Shown here one piece after another: positions 52,840 through 55,831 of a stretch of 55,831 nucleotides of DNA. Position numbers and translations under genes: made by a program. The notes beneath the pieces are model-generated. The model was not told the origin of the DNA and did not search any database. It saw only the letters and a list, made by a program, of their open reading frames with translations. Source of the stretch: an uncultured Clostridium sp. (GTDB lineage Bacteria > Bacillota > Clostridia > TANB77 > CAG-508); the NCBI GenBank assembly GCA_948434985.1, contig CAOJFV010000005.1, positions 1 through 55,831 of the forward strand, written 5' to 3'. Positions within the stretch are counted from its first letter, which is position 1, and each line of letters opens with the position of its first letter.

Positions 52840-54095
52840 TCACACTTCTTTCGTAATTTTTGCTCCTAATGTGTTTAATTTATCGTCTAAATTTTCGTAT
52901 CCTCTTAAAATGTATTCTATATTTTCTATTTTTGTTTTTCCTTTTGCAGTAAGTCCTGCAATTACAAGTGCTGCTCCTCCTCTTAGGTCTTTTGCCATAA
53001 CACTTGTTCCATTTAATTTTCTTACACCTTTAATTACTGCTGTTCTTCCATCTATTACAAATTTTGCACCCATTCTTTGTAGCTCACTTGCATATTTGAA
53101 TCTGTTTTCGAATATATTTTCTATAACAACAGATGTACCTTTTGCTGTAGCAAGCATACTTCCAAAAATAGCTTGCATATCTGTTGGAAATCCTGGATAT
53201 GGCATCGTTTTTATATCTGTTGCCTTTAATTTTTTAGGTGCTTGTAAAGTTAATTCATTTTTTCCATAATCAATATTACATCCACATTCCTCTAATTTTT
53301 CAATTACTGGAGCTAAATGTTCTATAACAATATTTTTTAATGTAATATTTCCGCCCGTGTAACAGCTCCTGCACAAAGTATAGTACCTGCTTCAATTCTA
53401 TCTGGCATTATTTTATACCCAGAACTTTTAAGGCTTGATACTCCTTGAATTATAATTTCGCTAGTTCCTGCACCTACTATTTTTGCTCCTAACTTGTTTA
53501 AAAAGTTTTGTAAATCAACAATTTCTGGTTCCATTGCTGCATTTACAATTGTAGTTTCTCCCGCTGTTAGAACAGCTGCTAAAATGGCATTTTCTGTTGC
53601 TCCAACACTTGGAAAATCAAAATGTATTTTTCCAGGTTCTATTTTATCACACTTGCACTTAATATATCCAGTGTTTTCGCTAATATTTATACCTAAACTT
53701 TCAAATGCTTTTAAATGTAAATCAATAGGTCTTGCACCAATATCACATCCGTCCTGGATATGAAAATGTTGCTTCTTTAAATCTTCCAAGTAGTGCCCCT
53801 GCAAGTATTACACTTGAGCGCATTTTTCTCATAAGTTCTTCTGGTATCTCATATTTTTTTATTTTTCTTGCATCAACTACTATTTTATCACTATTTCTCT
53901 TAACTTTGCAACCTAAGCTTTTAAGTATTTCTAACATTACCCTTGTATCATAAATATCAGGAACATTATATAATTTTGTAATACCATTATTTAGTACTGT
54001 TGCAGCAAGAATTGGGAGTGACGCATTCTTAGACCCGAGAAACTTCTACTTCTCCGGCAAAGCTTTTTTCCTCCCTCTATAATATATGTACCCAT
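52840..54095 (-). CDS. murA: UDP-N-acetylglucosamine 1-carboxyvinyltransferase; requires five CGGN read as Gly
   Basis: Sites 54053-56, 54034-37, 53748-51, 53354-57, 53350-53; joined 416 aa protein has SGSKNASLP, MRSS, PGGCDIGARPIDLH, SVGATEN, DRIEAGT, PGFPTD, DLRGGA. Confidence 0.93.
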
Positions 54096-54161
54096 AAAAA
54101 AATCACCCTCCTTTGTTTATATATTATGCTAACTACACAAATTGGGTGATTATAGTGATTT

Positions 54162-54998
54162 TTACTCTTGAAGCATTTTTCTTATTTCATTTATTTTGCT
54201 AATTGCATATTTATATCCCTCTTCATAACAATAATCGATTTTTCTTATACTAAAAGCATTTGCTTTACTTACATCTATATCACATAGATAGTCGCTCATT
54301 TCGATTGCATTTTGTGATAATCCTTCATATATTGTATCAACACATTTCATCATTATTCCATATATGCCTTTTGGTTTGAAATTTTTATTTAATACAAATT
54401 TTATTGTTAAAATCTTGTCTATTCCTAATTTTTTCACTTCATCTGCTGGAATATTATCTAAAACTCCTCCATCTACAAATCTATATTCTTCATAATCAAA
54501 AGGAGCATATACACCAGGGTATGTACAGCTTGCTCTTACTGCTTTTGCAATTTCAATATCTTTAATATAATAATTCTCTTCTTGATTATAATTTGTGAAT
54601 ACATATTTTTTACTTGTATTAATATCTACTGTAGGAATTGCAATTGGAATTTCTATTTCGTTTATCTTATTTACATTTTTATATTTTGCGACTTCTTGCA
54701 TTGCAAGTTCTACATTTATACTAGATAATGCTCCCTCTATTCTAAGTCCTTTTCCATTTCTAACATTAGTTACAACATCACCTGGATTGGCTTTTAACAT
54801 TCCTTTTGCAAAATATCTAAATAATTTTATCATTTCATCTGGTGTATACCCAAGTGCATACAAGGTAGCTACAATACTTCCTGCACTAGTTCCTGCAACT
54901 GCATCTATTTTAATATTATTTTCTCTCAAAGCTTTAAGTACTCCAATATGTGCTGCTCCTTTTACTCCTCCACCAGAAAATGCAACTCCTAATTTCAT
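54162..54998 (-). CDS. Patatin-like phospholipase
   Basis: SGGGVKG, GTSAG, DGG. Confidence 0.92.
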   Translation of the reverse strand: MKLGVAFSGGGVKGAAHIGVLKALRENNIKIDAVAGTSAGSIVATLYALGYTPDEMIKLFRYFAKGMLKANPGDVVTNVRNGKGLRIEGALSSINVELAMQEVAKYKNVNKINEIEIPIAIPTVDINTSKKYVFTNYNQEENYYIKDIEIAKAVRASCTYPGVYAPFDYEEYRFVDGGVLDNIPADEVKKLGIDKILTIKFVLNKNFKPKGIYGIMMKCVDTIYEGLSQNAIEMSDYLCDIDVSKANAFSIRKIDYCYEEGYKYAISKINEIRKMLQE

Positions 54999-55135
54999 AT
55001 GAATTCACTCTCCTTTTTGCTTGTCTTATTATATCTCAAATAAAAATTAATTTGAAGATTTTATTTTATTTTTTATTGACTTTTATGTTTGCAATAAATA
55101 TAATAAACATAAATTTATTAGAAATGAGTGATAAT

Positions 55136-55528
55136 ATGGATATAGCTAAAGCAATAAAAATTGCAAAAGAAGCAAGGCTTAATGCTTGTGCTAAAGAATA
55201 TTACGTTGGTTCTTGCCTTGTTACTAAATCAGGTAAATATTATTCTGGTTGTAATATTGAAAATGATGGAATACAAAGTATTTGCGCAGAACGTACAGCT
55301 TTTGTTAAAGCATTATCAGAAGGAGAACGTGAATTTTCATATATTGTAGTTGTTGGTGGATTAAAAAATTCTACTGTTTTAGAAACCTGTCTTCCTTGTG
55401 GTTATTGTAGACAATTTATGAATCAATATGTAGATAATGATTTTAAAATTTATGCTTGTTTTGGAGAAAATGACGAAATAGAACAATACTCTATAAATGA
55501 TTTATTACCACATAGTTTTAAATTATAG
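55136..55528 (+). CDS. cdd: Cytidine deaminase
   Basis: GCNIEN, CAERTA, PCGYCRQ, LLPHSF; start trimmed to MDIAKA. Confidence 0.92.
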   Translation: MDIAKAIKIAKEARLNACAKEYYVGSCLVTKSGKYYSGCNIENDGIQSICAERTAFVKALSEGEREFSYIVVVGGLKNSTVLETCLPCGYCRQFMNQYVDNDFKIYACFGENDEIEQYSINDLLPHSFKL

Positions 55529-55652
55529 AATTATTTTATTTTTGTCTTTTTGTATTTTTCTGTTGACTTTTATATTTTCATATGGTATTATCTTATCTAA
55601 GGGAAGCGGACATTGGGATTTACATTTTATAAAAAAGAGGAGGTGATACCCA

Positions 55653-55831
55653 ATGGCAAATACAGAATTTTCTGTTATTCTTAATATGCTGAATGAAATT
55701 AACCATAAATTTGATTCCCTTGAGAAAAAATTTGATAGCAAAATTAATTCACTTGAGGAAAAATTTGATGGTAAATTTAATTCACTTGAGGAAAAATTTG
55801 ATGGTAAATTTAATTCACTTGAGGAAAAATT
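55653..55831 (+). CDS. Partial coiled-coil protein with 11-aa repeats (runs off the window)
   Basis: GGAGGTG RBS; MANTEFSVILNMLNEINHKFDSLEKKFDSKINSLEEKFDGKFNSLEEK; TTGACT-17-TATTAT promoter at 55563-55591. Confidence 0.75.
   Translation, partial: MANTEFSVILNMLNEINHKFDSLEKKFDSKINSLEEKFDGKFNSLEEKFDGKFNSLEEK
55713..55831 (+). repeat. 33-bp coding tandem repeat
   Basis: AATTCACTTGAGGAAAAATTTGATGGTAAATTT starting at 55746, 55779 and 55812 (last partial), with a degenerate copy at 55713. Confidence 0.9.

Noticed and set aside
5208-54056. Calling the ten split genes pseudogenes or random assembly indels
   Set aside because: All 15 breaks share one frame-specific signature, most are not in homopolymers, they occur on both strands, and the genes show no other decay. 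An artefact is not formally excluded without reads.
5208-54056. Simple sense reassignment of CGG (to Gln, Trp or Gly as a triplet)
   Set aside because: A triplet reading leaves the downstream sequence out of frame and reaches a premature stop instead of the conserved downstream sequence.
496-55741. Numerous short antisense or overlapping ORFs in the track (e.g. 2016-2360, 11432-11821, 36663-37244, 43246-43773, 52270-52800, 55523-55741)
   Set aside because: Shadow frames of real genes in AT-rich DNA; no RBS or recognisable motifs.
55713-55831. Possible CRISPR array
   Set aside because: Repeats are contiguous with no spacers and are in frame within an ORF; no cas genes in the window.
1-55831. 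A tRNA gene or dedicated factor explaining the recoding
   Set aside because: No tRNA-like cloverleaf was seen. trmB, mtaB, pth and cdd look like ordinary housekeeping genes with no evidence linking them to the mechanism.

Overview
Low-GC (roughly 25-30% by eye) chromosomal window from a spore-forming Clostridia-class bacterium. Most genes are on the minus strand: spoVS, ymdB, rny, mtaB, mreB-like, yunB, sipL, veg, yabG, spoIIID, pncB/nadE/nadD, fprA, splB, a THF-riboswitch folate ECF operon, fadD, bofA, rng, pth, a glycosyltransferase/phosphatase cluster, deaD, trmB, spo0A, ynbB, and the murA-divIB-DUF881x2-sbp-ftsA-ftsZ cluster. The main signal is an apparent non-triplet code rule. Ten otherwise intact conserved genes look broken in the ORF track, and all 15 breaks fall at an in-frame CGG. 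Reading CGG+N as one four-nucleotide glycine (equivalently, skipping the C and reading GGN) restores full-length proteins and conserved Gly motifs: MtaB TLGCK, SplB SGCxxxCxxC, MurA SGSKN and PGGCDIG, and the Spo0A C-terminus. murA needs five such events, two of them back to back. On manual inspection no conserved gene uses CGG as in-frame Arg. The only two zero-frame CGG codons are in GC-richer orphan ORFs. Secondary observations are an apparently catalytically dead sortase paired with a Cys-less thioester-like protein, a GpgS-centred glycan cluster, and three structured intergenic elements. All analysis was by eye; no searches were run.
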